64,000 nucleotides of DNA, taken from positions 160,001 to 224,000 of the forward strand of contig CAWANJ010000002.1 in NCBI GenBank assembly GCA_963783385.1, written 5' to 3'. The DNA is from an uncultured Gemmatimonadales bacterium (lineage in GTDB: Bacteria > Gemmatimonadota > Gemmatimonadetes > Palauibacterales > Palauibacteraceae). Each line of letters opens with the position of its first letter. Within the stretch, counting starts at the first letter, position 1. The translations under genes were made by a program, and so were the position numbers. Of this stretch, positions 29,957 to 39,651 are shown in pieces. The notes beneath the pieces are model-generated. The model had not been told where the DNA came from, ran no database searches, and worked only from the letters and a program-made list of their open reading frames with translations.

Positions 29957-31006
29957 ATGCTGGTCGTAATGAAGCACGGCGCGAGCCGGGAGGAGATCGA
30001 CCGGGTCGCCGACACGATACGCGAGATGGGCTACGACGCGGAGCCCATCCCCGGGCGCCAGCGCACGGCCGTGGGGCTGGTCGGAAACGACGGCCGGGTG
30101 GACGATGGCCGGCTCCTGACGCTCCCGGGGGTGCTGCGGGTCATCCACGTCTCGCAGCCCTACAAGCAGGTGAGCCGGGAGTGGAAGCCCGACGACACCA
30201 CCTTCGAGCTGGCGAACGGCGTGCGCATCGGGGGCCGGGACATCGTCCTCATCGCCGGCCCGTGCTCGGTGGAGTCCGAGGAGCAGATCCTCCGGACGGC
30301 GCGTCGCGTGCGTGCGGCCGGGGCCACGATCCTGCGGGGTGGCGCCTTCAAGCCGCGTACCTCGCCCTACTCCTTCCAGGGGCTCGGACGAGAGGGCCTG
30401 AAGCTCCTGGCCCTGGCGCGGCAGGAGACCGGCCTGGCCGTGGTGACCGAGGCCCTGGACGCCGAGGGCGTGGAGCTGGTGGCCGAGTATGGAGACATCA
30501 TCCAGATCGGCGCGCGCAACATGCAGAACTACGCGCTCCTCCGGGAGGCGGGCCGGGCCGGCAAGCCCGTCCTTCTCAAGCGGGGCATGTCGGCCACCAT
30601 CAAGGAGCTGCTCCTTGCCGCGGAGTACATCCTGCTCGAGGGGGAGTCCCGGGTGATCCTGTGCGAGCGCGGCGTCCGCAGCTTCGACCACCACGCCCGC
30701 AACCTCCTCGACCTGACCGCGATCCCCAGCGTCAAGGAGCTCTCGCACCTGCCGATCATCGCGGACCCGGCGCACGGTACGGGACACCGGGACAAGGTCC
30801 CGCCCATGGCCCGGGCCGCGGTGGCGGCCGGCGCGGACGGCATCATGGTGGAGGTGCATCCAGACCCGGCCTCCGCCCTCTCCGATGGGGCCCAGTCGTT
30901 GACCCCGGACCAGTACGACGACCTGGTCGTCGAGGTCACGGCCATCGCACGCGCCCTCGGGCGGGGCATCGTCCGGCCGGCCGAGTCGGCGGTCGCCGGG
31001 GGCTGA
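29957..31006 (+). CDS. aroF: DAHP synthase type I-beta with N-terminal regulatory domain
   Basis: IAGPCSVES, KPRTSPYSFQGLG, IGARNMQN, KRGMSAT. Confidence 0.95.
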   Translation: MLVVMKHGASREEIDRVADTIREMGYDAEPIPGRQRTAVGLVGNDGRVDDGRLLTLPGVLRVIHVSQPYKQVSREWKPDDTTFELANGVRIGGRDIVLIAGPCSVESEEQILRTARRVRAAGATILRGGAFKPRTSPYSFQGLGREGLKLLALARQETGLAVVTEALDAEGVELVAEYGDIIQIGARNMQNYALLREAGRAGKPVLLKRGMSATIKELLLAAEYILLEGESRVILCERGVRSFDHHARNLLDLTAIPSVKELSHLPIIADPAHGTGHRDKVPPMARAAVAAGADGIMVEVHPDPASALSDGAQSLTPDQYDDLVVEVTAIARALGRGIVRPAESAVAGG

Positions 31007-31014
31007 TCGCTCCC

Positions 31015-31395
31015 GTGGTCGATCCGGCCCGCCGGGCTCGCGAGCGGGCCGTCCGGGGCGAGGCCCTGGCGGTCGAGCACCTGCGGGCCGCGGGTCTCGA
31101 GATCCTCGCCCGGAACTGGCGCTCCGGGCGGTGCGAGATCGACGTGGTCGCCCGCGAAGGCCCGGTCGTGGCGTTCGTGGAGGTGAAGACCCGCGGCGAG
31201 GGACCGCAGGCTCCGCTGGAGGCGGTCGACCGCCGGAAGCGCGCCCGGGTCCGTCGCGCGGCCGAAGCCTGGATTCACCGTCATCCGGGGATCGGAAGGG
31301 AGTTCCGATTCGACGCCGTCGGCGTCCTTCTCGGCCCCGGCAGCCGCGTTCGCCTCGAGCACGTGCGCGATGCCTTCAGGGGAGAGGACGCGTGA
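31015..31395 (+). CDS. yraN: YraN-family endonuclease-like protein
   Basis: RGEALA...ILARNWR...EIDVVAR...FVEVKTR...RFDAV. Confidence 0.9.
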   Translation: MVDPARRARERAVRGEALAVEHLRAAGLEILARNWRSGRCEIDVVAREGPVVAFVEVKTRGEGPQAPLEAVDRRKRARVRRAAEAWIHRHPGIGREFRFDAVGVLLGPGSRVRLEHVRDAFRGEDA

Positions 31396-31485
31396 GCCGC
31401 GGCGCGGCTTGCGGGATCCGCGGGAGGGCCCGTACCGACGGCCCTCCCGGCGGGGCCGCCCGGCCGGACCGTCGCATCGGGACGC

Positions 31486-31514
31486 TTGCAGCGCCCGCGT
31501 CCGATCCGTACCAT
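31486..31514 (+). promoter_or_regulatory. Sigma70 promoter of the SRP RNA
   Basis: TTGCAG-N17-TACCAT immediately before the RNA. Confidence 0.7.
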
Positions 31515-31623
31515 GAAGGGCGCCCCAGGCCCGTGGGACTCCGAACGCGTGAACCCCGTCAGGACCGTGAAGGTAGCAGCGGTAAGCGTGCGAAGGTCGC
31601 CACGGTGAGTCTGGGGCGTTCTC
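31515..31623 (+). ncRNA. ffs: Signal recognition particle RNA (4.5S)
   Basis: Terminal stem GGGCGCCCCAGGC/GTCTGGGGCGTTC; domain IV core GTCAGGACC-loop-GGTAGCAGC; directly upstream of dnaX-ybaB-recR. Confidence 0.92.
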
Positions 31624-31668
31624 GCATCCCGCCGGTCCTCGCTCTCGCCCCCAGCATCGGTTAGAAGC

Positions 31669-33423
31669 GTGTCCCGCGCCGCACTCGCCCGCACACACCG
31701 TCCCCGGCGCTTCGAGGAGCTGGTCGGCCAGGACGCCGTCGCGCGCACGTTGCGCGCCGCGGTCGAGGGCGGTCGCGTGGGGCACGCCTACCTGTTCTGC
31801 GGCCCCCGCGGCGTCGGCAAGACCACGGCCGCCCGCATCCTCGCCATGGCCCTCAACTGCCCGAACCGGGAGGGTGGCGAGCCGTGCGGGACCTGCCAAT
31901 CGTGCGAACGGATCTGGTCCGGTCGGACCTCGCTCGATGTCGTGGAGATCGACGCCGCCAGCCACCGGGGCGTGGACGACGCGCGCGAGCTGCGGGAGAG
32001 GGCCATGTACGCTCCCTCCGAGGAAGGGCGCTACAAGGTGTACATCGTGGACGAGGCGCACATGCTCACCCGGGAGGCCTGGAACGCCCTCCTCAAGATC
32101 CTGGAGGAGCCCCCGTCCCGGGTCATCTTCGCGTTCGCGACCACCGAGCCCCAGCGCATCCAGCAGACCGCGGCGCCCGTGCTGTCCCGCTGCCAGCGCT
32201 TCGACTTCCGGCGCGTTTCCGTCCAGGACATCCTCGGACGGCTGGAGACCGTGCTGGAGCGCGAGGGCGTGGAGGCCGAGGAGGGATCCCTGCTCCCCAT
32301 CGCTCGCCGGGCCGAAGGAGGCGTGAGGGACGCGCTCTCCCTGCTGGACCAGGTGCTGTCCTTCTCGGACGATCGGATCGGAGCCGCGGACGTCCGCCGC
32401 ATGCTGGGCCTGGTGGACGAGGACCGCTACCTGGCCTTCTTCGAGCTGGCCGCGGAGGGTGATCGTTCAGGCGTGCTCCCCTTCGTGCAGGAGCTGCTGG
32501 ACGCTGGCTACGATCCCGTCGAGTTCGTGCGTGGGCTGGCGGACGGTCTGCGCATTCTCCTGGCCCTGCGCATGGACCCGGGGGCGGACGTGGAGGTCTC
32601 GCCGGACTCCAGGCCTCGCTTCGTGGCCATGGCCGAGCGTTTCGAGGAAGTGGACCTCCTGCGGCTCCTGATGGCGGTGTCGGATTTCGAGACGTCGGGC
32701 CGCTTCCGGCGCAGCGCCCAGCAGCGGATCCAGCTCGAGGTGCTGCTGCTCCGGCTCGTGTCGATGGACTCCGCGGTGGAGCTCGAGGACTTGCTGCGGG
32801 CCGCGGGTGGAGAGATCCCGCCCTCCGGACGCCGCCCCCGACATCCGGAGGGCTCGTCCCGCCCCACCGCCCCGGGCGGAACGGGACGTCCGCGGTCGTC
32901 GGCTCCGGACGCGGGTGCGGAGGGGAGTGCGGATGCGGGTGCGGACGAGTCGAGCGCAGGATCGGGCTCCTCTCCCGTTCCGGCCGGGCGCGCGGAGGAG
33001 TCGCCCGAACCGCCCCCGGACGAGCGCCCGGAGAGCGGCGCCGCCGGGGGAACGGTCGGGCTGCAGGAGGCGTGGCGGACGGCCCTGGCCGGAGCCACCA
33101 ACCTGTCCGGCATCGGCCTGGCACTGCGGGGCACGCGCCTCCGGGAGACGGAGCGGGGGGCCTTTCTGGTGGAGGCTCCCGCGGGCCTGGCCGACGACCT
33201 GGAAGCCTACCTGGCCGACGAACGTTCCCGGCCCGTGCGGACCGCGCTGGCCAAAGCGCTGGGCCGCCCCGAGGCCGGCGTCGAGCTCCGGGTGCGTGAG
33301 GCCGGTCCCCCTCGCCGGATGACGGCAGAAGCGGCGCGAAAACAGCGGCTGGAGGACATGGCTGGCATGGACCCAAGTCTTCGGGAAGCGGTAGAAGAAC
33401 TCGACCTGTCGATCAAGGAGTGA
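31669..33423 (+). CDS. dnaX: DNA polymerase III subunit gamma/tau
   Basis: GPRGVGKTT, EIDAASHRGVDD, DEAHML, SRC motif. Confidence 0.96.
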   Translation: MSRAALARTHRPRRFEELVGQDAVARTLRAAVEGGRVGHAYLFCGPRGVGKTTAARILAMALNCPNREGGEPCGTCQSCERIWSGRTSLDVVEIDAASHRGVDDARELRERAMYAPSEEGRYKVYIVDEAHMLTREAWNALLKILEEPPSRVIFAFATTEPQRIQQTAAPVLSRCQRFDFRRVSVQDILGRLETVLEREGVEAEEGSLLPIARRAEGGVRDALSLLDQVLSFSDDRIGAADVRRMLGLVDEDRYLAFFELAAEGDRSGVLPFVQELLDAGYDPVEFVRGLADGLRILLALRMDPGADVEVSPDSRPRFVAMAERFEEVDLLRLLMAVSDFETSGRFRRSAQQRIQLEVLLLRLVSMDSAVELEDLLRAAGGEIPPSGRRPRHPEGSSRPTAPGGTGRPRSSAPDAGAEGSADAGADESSAGSGSSPVPAGRAEESPEPPPDERPESGAAGGTVGLQEAWRTALAGATNLSGIGLALRGTRLRETERGAFLVEAPAGLADDLEAYLADERSRPVRTALAKALGRPEAGVELRVREAGPPRRMTAEAARKQRLEDMAGMDPSLREAVEELDLSIKE

Positions 33424-33439
33424 CACCGCCGTGGATTCC

Positions 33440-33766
33440 ATGAAGAACCTCCAGCAGCTCTTCCAGATGGGCCAGCAGATGCAGTCGCGCATGAACGACC
33501 TGCAGAAGCGTCTGGCCAGCGAAACCGTGACCTCGCGGAGCGGAGGCGGGATGGTGGAGGTGACCGTTGACGGAACCGGGGAAGTCAAGCGCGTCAAGCT
33601 CGACCCCTCGGTCGTCGATCCGGGTGACGTCGAGATGCTGGAGGACCTGGTGCTGGCCGCCGTGTCCGAGGCGCAGCGCCGGGCGAAGGACAAGCTCGAG
33701 GAGGAGATGCGGGAGGCCACGGGCGGACTTCCGATGCCGGGCCTCTCCCAGCTCCTGGGCGGTTGA
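33440..33766 (+). CDS. ybaB: YbaB/EbfC nucleoid-associated protein
   Basis: SGGGMVEVTVDG...DVEMLEDLVLAA. Confidence 0.93.
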   Translation: MKNLQQLFQMGQQMQSRMNDLQKRLASETVTSRSGGGMVEVTVDGTGEVKRVKLDPSVVDPGDVEMLEDLVLAAVSEAQRRAKDKLEEEMREATGGLPMPGLSQLLGG

Positions 33767-33800
33767 CGGCTCCGAGCCCTCTCCCGCCACGGAGGCGACC

Positions 33801-34388
33801 GTGTCCGCGATCGAGGACCTGATCACGGAGCTGGGCCGGCTTCCGGGCGTCGGTCGCAAGACGGCACAGCGGCTGACCTACCACCTCCTGAAGACGCCAC
33901 CGGGGGAGGCACGGCAGCTGTCCCGTGCCATCGATCGGGTGGTGGACGAGGTGCACGCGTGTTCGACGTGCGGCAACCTGAGCGACTCCGATCCATGCGA
34001 GTTCTGCTCCGACGCCCGACGCGACGACGCGGTGTTGTGCGTGGTCGAGGAGGCCTCTGACATCACGGCCATCGAGAAGTCGGGTCACTTCGATGGCGTG
34101 TACCACGTGCTGGGCGGACGGCTCTCGCCTCTGGACGGCATCGGGCCGGACGACCTCAACATCGCTTCCCTCCTGACGCGCCTGCGCGGGGGAGTGCGGG
34201 AGGTGATCCTGGCCACGAACCCGAGCGTGGAGGGCGAGGCGACGGCGACCTACCTCCACCGCCTCCTCCGGGACATGGATGGCGTGCGGATCACGCGCCT
34301 GGCCCGGGGGCTGCCGGTCGGCGGAGACCTCGAGTACGCCGACGGCGTCACCATCGCGGAAGCGTTCACCGGCCGCAGGGACATGTAA
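33801..34388 (+). CDS. recR: Recombination mediator RecR
   Basis: LPGVGRKTAQRL, C4 zinc finger, EVILATNPSVEGEATA, GLPVGGDLEYAD. Confidence 0.96.
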   Translation: MSAIEDLITELGRLPGVGRKTAQRLTYHLLKTPPGEARQLSRAIDRVVDEVHACSTCGNLSDSDPCEFCSDARRDDAVLCVVEEASDITAIEKSGHFDGVYHVLGGRLSPLDGIGPDDLNIASLLTRLRGGVREVILATNPSVEGEATATYLHRLLRDMDGVRITRLARGLPVGGDLEYADGVTIAEAFTGRRDM

Positions 34389-34402
34389 CGCGGGAGCACC
34401 GG

Positions 34403-34747
34403 ATGCCGACCTGGATCTCGTTGGATGACTCGGAGGACCGCGCGTGGCGAATCCTCAAGGTCGCGGGGCTCGCGCTTCTGGGCGCAGGGGCCGTGACCGC
34501 GCTGGGCGCCTGGCTGGCGCGTGACCAGATGGTCCGTCACCGGAAGGACCTGTTCAGTCCGCACCCGCTCCGCCGCCTGGCCGCGCTGGGATACCTGAAG
34601 TCGCACCCGGATGTAGACAACGTCCTGCTGCTGAGGGATTTTCTCGCCTGGGAGGAGCGCCCCCTGTTGCGCCGCAAGGCATCGGGCATCCTCGAGACGA
34701 TGGAAGAGGACCTGGCGGCGGCCGCGGAGTCGGCCGGGGGCGCCTGA
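34403..34747 (+). CDS. Hypothetical single-TM protein with HEAT-like C-terminus
   Basis: GGAG RBS, TM segment, LFSPHPLRRLAALGYL; fills the gap between recR and pgsA. Confidence 0.7.
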   Translation: MPTWISLDDSEDRAWRILKVAGLALLGAGAVTALGAWLARDQMVRHRKDLFSPHPLRRLAALGYLKSHPDVDNVLLLRDFLAWEERPLLRRKASGILETMEEDLAAAAESAGGA

Positions 34748-34853
34748 GCGCGTGCGGGCCCGTCCGGTCTCGTGGTTGCGGGGAAGAAGGGATCGGCTCG
34801 ACGCTTCGCGGGCGCCGTCCCGGAGGCCTCGACACCCTGGACGCGGGTGAGTC

Positions 34854-35477
34854 TTGATCTGGAACCTGCCCAACGCCATCACGACGCTGCGGGTGCTGCT
34901 CGCGCCGCTCCTGGCGTTTCTGCTCCTGGAGCCCGGCGCCACGGCGCGCGCTCTGGGTTTCGGCGTGTTCCTGGTCGCGGCCGTTTCCGACCTGTGGGAC
35001 GGATACCTGGCGCGGCGCCGTCACGAGATCACCGACTACGGTCGGCTGGTCGACCCGGTGGCCGACAAGCTGCTCCTCGCGGCCGCGCTGGTGCCGCTGT
35101 ACCTCCTCACGCGGCGGTCGGCCGATCTCGCCGGCATCCCCGTGTACGACACGGTCCCCCTGTGGGCGGTGCTGGTGCTCCTGGGACGTGAGCTCCTCAT
35201 CACGGTGCTGCGCTCCGTGGCCGCGCGCCGTGGGCGGGTGGTCGCCGCCATGCGGTCCGGCAAGTACAAGGCGTTCGTGCAGAACCTCTTCCTCGGGGGC
35301 GCCATGCTCTGGGTCATCGCCCGCACGGCCGGGGCGGGTCCCGGCGGTGCTGGAATGGCCCTCCTCGGCTGGGCTACGGCCGTGACTCTGTCGGGTGCCT
35401 TACTCCTCACCGTGGGCTCGCTCGCGGAGTACCTTACCGCTTTCGCACGGGTGCTCGAGAGGCGTCGCGCGTCGTGA
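34854..35477 (+). CDS. pgsA: CDP-alcohol phosphatidyltransferase (PgsA-like), TTG start
   Basis: NLPNAITTLR, DLWDGYLARR...GRLVDPVADK. Confidence 0.88.
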   Translation: MIWNLPNAITTLRVLLAPLLAFLLLEPGATARALGFGVFLVAAVSDLWDGYLARRRHEITDYGRLVDPVADKLLLAAALVPLYLLTRRSADLAGIPVYDTVPLWAVLVLLGRELLITVLRSVAARRGRVVAAMRSGKYKAFVQNLFLGGAMLWVIARTAGAGPGGAGMALLGWATAVTLSGALLLTVGSLAEYLTAFARVLERRRAS

Positions 35478-36739
35478 CCGTACCGGCTGCGGGACGGGGC
35501 CGGTCCGGCCGCGTCCTCGTGCTGGTGGTCGGCGACGAGATCGTGGACGGCTCCGTGCGGGATCGGAACGGCGTCCGGGTGGCGGCGGCGGTCAGCGCGC
35601 GCGGCGGGTCGATCGTGCGCATCGAGTCGGTAGGGGATGACCTCGACTCGATCGCCCGCGCCGTGCGTGAGGGCGTGAAGCTGGGCGGCGTGATCGTGAC
35701 GGGAGGGCTGGGACCCACGCGGGATGACGTGACCCGAGAGGGGGTCGCGGCGGCGCTCGGCGTCCCGCTGGTCGTGGATGACGGGTGGACGGAACGAGCG
35801 GCCGCCCGACACCCGATCGTCCGTCGCCTCCCGGGGATGGAGCGGCAGTCACGCATTCCGGAGGGCGCCCGCGCTGTGGACAATCCCACCGGCACGGCCC
35901 TGGGCTTCCTGGCCGAGACCCGGGAAGGGGGATGGGTGCTCGTGCTTCCCGGCGTGCCTTCGGAGATCTCCGCGATGCTGGCAGGCGAGGCGGGGAACAT
36001 CCTGGACGATCGCCTGCCCGGCTCCGTGGGGCCGGTCGTTCGCGCGGCGATCGCGGGAGTGCCCGAGTCCGTGGTGGCGGCGCGCGTCGAGGAGGTGGCG
36101 GAGTTGCGCGGCCTTCGCCTGGCCAGCTACCCGCATCGCGGCACCGTCGATCTGCTCGTCCGTCCCTCTCCCGGCCAGGAGGGGGACGCGGCGACGCTGG
36201 CCCTCGAGGCGGCGGTCCGGGGCCTGCGGCTACGCTTCGGGCCGGACCTGTACGAGGTGGGTGATCGCGGGTTGTCGGAGACGGTCGTGGACGAGCTTCG
36301 CTCCCGGGGCATGACGCTCGCCGTGGCCGAGAGCTGCACGGGTGGAGGGCTGGGCGCGGCGGTGACCGCGGTGCCGGGCTCGTCCGACGTGTTCTGGGGA
36401 GGTGTGATCGTCTACGCGAACGCGGCCAAGCAGCGGCTTCTCGGCGTGCCCGGGCCCATGCTGGAGCGCGAGGGCGCCGTGTCCGAGGCCGTGGCCCTCG
36501 CCATGGCGCGGGGAATGCGGGGGCGTGCGGAGACGAGCTGGGGCGTGTCCATCACGGGCGTCGCCGGACCGTCCGGCGGCACGCCGGAGAAGCCGGTGGG
36601 CACGGTGTGGATGGCCGCCGTCGGCGAACGGGAGGCCGTGCGGCGGTATCATTTGCCGGGGGGCAGGGCGGAGGTGCGGGACCGGAGCGTCGCGGCGGCC
36701 CTCGATCTCCTCCGCAGGACCGTGATCCACTCGGAGTGA
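35474..36739 (+). CDS. cinA: CinA competence/damage-inducible protein (NMN deamidase domain)
   Basis: VGDEI, TGGLGPTRDDVT, AESCTGG, ITGVAGPSGGTPEKPVGTV. Confidence 0.92.
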   Translation: MTVPAAGRGRSGRVLVLVVGDEIVDGSVRDRNGVRVAAAVSARGGSIVRIESVGDDLDSIARAVREGVKLGGVIVTGGLGPTRDDVTREGVAAALGVPLVVDDGWTERAAARHPIVRRLPGMERQSRIPEGARAVDNPTGTALGFLAETREGGWVLVLPGVPSEISAMLAGEAGNILDDRLPGSVGPVVRAAIAGVPESVVAARVEEVAELRGLRLASYPHRGTVDLLVRPSPGQEGDAATLALEAAVRGLRLRFGPDLYEVGDRGLSETVVDELRSRGMTLAVAESCTGGGLGAAVTAVPGSSDVFWGGVIVYANAAKQRLLGVPGPMLEREGAVSEAVALAMARGMRGRAETSWGVSITGVAGPSGGTPEKPVGTVWMAAVGEREAVRRYHLPGGRAEVRDRSVAAALDLLRRTVIHSE

Positions 36740-36769
36740 GCGGAAGACTCAACAGGAGCCGGGTCCGAA

Positions 36770-37447
36770 GTGAATAGACGAAACAGAGAGGAACCGGAGC
36801 GCGAGGACGTCGAGCCGCGGGATGCGGACGGGGAGCGGCGTGCCCCGGCGCCAGAGGGGCCCGACGCCACCGACGGCTTCGCGGCCACCTCGGAGACGGC
36901 CGCGGTCCAGGACGCGGGTGCGGACGCCAGTCAGCGTCTGTCGGACGAGATCCGGGAGGAACTCGCCGAGCTCGAGGCGCTGCGGGAGCGCCACCTGAGG
37001 CTGGCCGCCGAATACGACAACTATCGTAAGCGCACGCGCCGGGAGCTCACCGAGGCCTCCGAGCGGGCGCAGGGCGAGCTCATGGTCCGCCTGCTCGATG
37101 GCCTGGACGACCTGGAGCGGGTGCTGGCCACGCCGGCGGAGGCGACCACCGTCGAGGCGCTGCACGAAGGCGTCGAGCTCGTCGAGCGGAAGCTCAGGAA
37201 GGAGCTCGCCGACGCCGGCCTGGAGCGCATTGAGGCCGAGGGCGAGCCGTTCGATCCGCGCGTGCACGATGCCCTCCTCACCGTCCCGGTCGCCGACCCG
37301 GATCGCGACGAGGTCGTCTCGCGAGTGCTGGTGAGCGGATACCGGCTCGGCGACCGGGTGCTGCGACCCGCCCGCGTGGAGGTCATGAAATACCAGCCCG
37401 GGGCCGGAGACGCCATGAGGGACGGAGCCGGCGACGGAGCCGCTTGA
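36770..37447 (+). CDS. grpE: Nucleotide exchange factor GrpE
   Basis: [38 protein letters not shown]. Confidence 0.95.
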   Translation: MNRRNREEPEREDVEPRDADGERRAPAPEGPDATDGFAATSETAAVQDAGADASQRLSDEIREELAELEALRERHLRLAAEYDNYRKRTRRELTEASERAQGELMVRLLDGLDDLERVLATPAEATTVEALHEGVELVERKLRKELADAGLERIEAEGEPFDPRVHDALLTVPVADPDRDEVVSRVLVSGYRLGDRVLRPARVEVMKYQPGAGDAMRDGAGDGAA

Positions 37448-38559
37448 TGGCCACGCGCACCAAGGACTACTACGACGTCCTGGGGGTCCCGGAGAGCGCG
37501 ACGGCGGACGACATCAAGAAGGCGTACCGAAAGCTGGCCAAGAAGCACCACCCGGATGCGAACCCCGATGACCCGGCAGCCGCGGAGCGCTTCAAGGAGA
37601 TCAGCGAAGCGTACCGGGTCCTGTCGGACGCGGAGCAGCGCAAGCGGTACGACGAGCTCCGGCGCTACGGGGGCGCCGGTCCGTTCGCGGGGCGGCGCCC
37701 GGGTGCGAGGCCCGGCCCGGCCGGCGGCGTGCGGTTCGAGGACCTGGGCGAGTCCGGGTTCGGTGGTATCGGCGACTTCTTCAGCTCCATCTTCGACTTC
37801 GGCAGGAGGGCGTCCGGCGGCCACGAGCGGCAGACTCGTCGAGGCCGGAACGTCGAGCTGGACGTCGACATCCCGCTTCGCGTGGCAGCCCGAGGGGGGA
37901 AGATCCGGGTCACGGTCCCGGTGCGGGAGGAGTGTGCGGCTTGCGATGGCACGGGCGTGGCTCCGGGCGCCAGCCTGGAGAAGTGCACGCGGTGTGGGGG
38001 TCGGGGGACGATCGCCTACGAGCAGGGTGGCTTCGCGGTCAACCGCCCCTGCCCGCAGTGCATGGGTCGCGGAGAGATCCCCACGCAGGCGTGCAGCGTA
38101 TGCGGAGGTCAGGGGGAGGTCCGCAGCGCGCGCAAGCTGAACGTCCGCATCCCGGCCGGCGTGGACGACGAGGCCCGCATCCGGGTGCCGAGTCAGGGGG
38201 AGCGTGGGCCGGGCGGCGGCCCCCAGGGCGACCTCATCATCCGTGTCCACGTGGGGGAAGACACCTTCTTCAGCCGCGAGGGGCGCGACCTTGTGTGCGA
38301 GGTACCGATCAACCTGGCCCAGGCCCTGCTCGGGTCCCGGGTCCGCGTCCGGACGGTGGACAACAAGAAGGTCGTTCTCCGCATTCCCCCCGGGACCCAG
38401 AGCGGCACCGTGTTCCGGATCCGAGGTCAGGGAATCGGAGGGGAGGGAGAACGGGGCGATCAGCTCGTGCGCGTCCAGATCCGGGTGCCCGAGGACATGA
38501 GCGATCGCGGGCTGGAGCTGGCCCGCGAGATGGCCGAAGAGGAAGGACTCCCGTACTGA
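37447..38559 (+). CDS. dnaJ: Chaperone DnaJ
   Basis: J domain with HPD, G/F region, four CxxCxGxG repeats. Confidence 0.95.
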   Translation: MATRTKDYYDVLGVPESATADDIKKAYRKLAKKHHPDANPDDPAAAERFKEISEAYRVLSDAEQRKRYDELRRYGGAGPFAGRRPGARPGPAGGVRFEDLGESGFGGIGDFFSSIFDFGRRASGGHERQTRRGRNVELDVDIPLRVAARGGKIRVTVPVREECAACDGTGVAPGASLEKCTRCGGRGTIAYEQGGFAVNRPCPQCMGRGEIPTQACSVCGGQGEVRSARKLNVRIPAGVDDEARIRVPSQGERGPGGGPQGDLIIRVHVGEDTFFSREGRDLVCEVPINLAQALLGSRVRVRTVDNKKVVLRIPPGTQSGTVFRIRGQGIGGEGERGDQLVRVQIRVPEDMSDRGLELAREMAEEEGLPY

Positions 38560-38568
38560 GGCGGGGCT

Positions 38569-39651
38569 TCAGCGGACGATAACGCCTCCGCCCACGACCA
38601 CGTCCTCCCGGTACAGCACGGCGCTCTGACCGGGGGTCACGGCTCGGCGCGGCGCCAGGAGCTCGAGCTCGAATCGGTCGCCGTCCATGGCGGTGAGGAC
38701 CGCCTCGACGACGGGCGCCCCGTGTCGGATGCGCACCCCGATCTCCTCGCCGGGGAGCGGCGGCTCGGCCAGCCAGTTGGCGCGTTCGGCCCGCAGGACC
38801 GAGGTCTGGAGCGCCTCTCGGGGGCCGATCACCACCTGGCGGGCCTCGGGCCGGATCTCGGCCACGTACATGGGCTCCGGGAAGCCCCCCGGAAGCCCCC
38901 GGCGCTGTCCGACCGTGAAGCCGGCGTAGCCCTCGTGGGAGCCCACCACCCTCCCGTCGCGGAGCACGACGTCCCCCCGCGACAGGGCCGGGTGGCCGGG
39001 ACCCAGATACCGTCGCAGCACGCCCCGGTAGTCGTTGTCGGGCACAAAGCAGATCTCGAACGACTCGGGCTTTTCCGCCGTCGAGAGCCCGAGCTCGCGC
39101 GCGATGGCCCGGACCCGAGACTTGCGGAGCTCTCCGATCGGCAGGAGCAGGCGGTCCAGGGCCGCGCGGTCGATGCCCCACAGGAAGTAGGTCTGGTCCT
39201 TCCGGTCGTCTTCGGCGCGGCAGAGGAGCGTCGGCTCGCCCGGCGATCGCCGGATGCGGGCGTAGTGGCCGGTGGCCATGTGCTCGCAGCCCAGGGCTTC
39301 GGCCCGCCCGAGGAGGTCCCGGAACTTCGTGAAGCTGTTGCAGCGCACGCAGGGGATCGGCGTGCGGCCCGCGGCGTACTCGCCGACGAAATCGTCGATC
39401 ACGTCCTCGGCAAAGCTCGCCTCGGCGTCGAACACGACGTGCGGAATGCCGAGTCGCCCCGCCACCGCCTTCGCATCACCGATGCCCTCGAGCCCGCAGC
39501 ACGTGTTGGAGGGGCCGTCGACCTCGCCGTAGCAGAAGGTCTTGATGGTGGCGCCCACCACCTGGTGTCCGGCCCGGTGGAGGAGGGCCGCCGTCACGCT
39601 GGAGTCCACGCCGCCCGACATGGCGGCGAGGACGCGCCCGGACGAGCTCAC
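38569..39651 (-). CDS. mnmA: tRNA 2-thiouridylase
   Basis: AMSGGVDSS, PCVRCN, ATGHYAR, KDQTYFL, AVTPGQSAV. Confidence 0.96.
   Translation of the reverse strand: MSSSGRVLAAMSGGVDSSVTAALLHRAGHQVVGATIKTFCYGEVDGPSNTCCGLEGIGDAKAVAGRLGIPHVVFDAEASFAEDVIDDFVGEYAAGRTPIPCVRCNSFTKFRDLLGRAEALGCEHMATGHYARIRRSPGEPTLLCRAEDDRKDQTYFLWGIDRAALDRLLLPIGELRKSRVRAIARELGLSTAEKPESFEICFVPDNDYRGVLRRYLGPGHPALSRGDVVLRDGRVVGSHEGYAGFTVGQRRGLPGGFPEPMYVAEIRPEARQVVIGPREALQTSVLRAERANWLAEPPLPGEEIGVRIRHGAPVVEAVLTAMDGDRFELELLAPRRAVTPGQSAVLYREDVVVGGGVIVR

Noticed and set aside
32800-33060. Programmed -1 frameshift in dnaX producing gamma
   Set aside because: No A-AAA-AAG or poly-A slippery site was seen; the region is a Pro/Ser/Gly linker.
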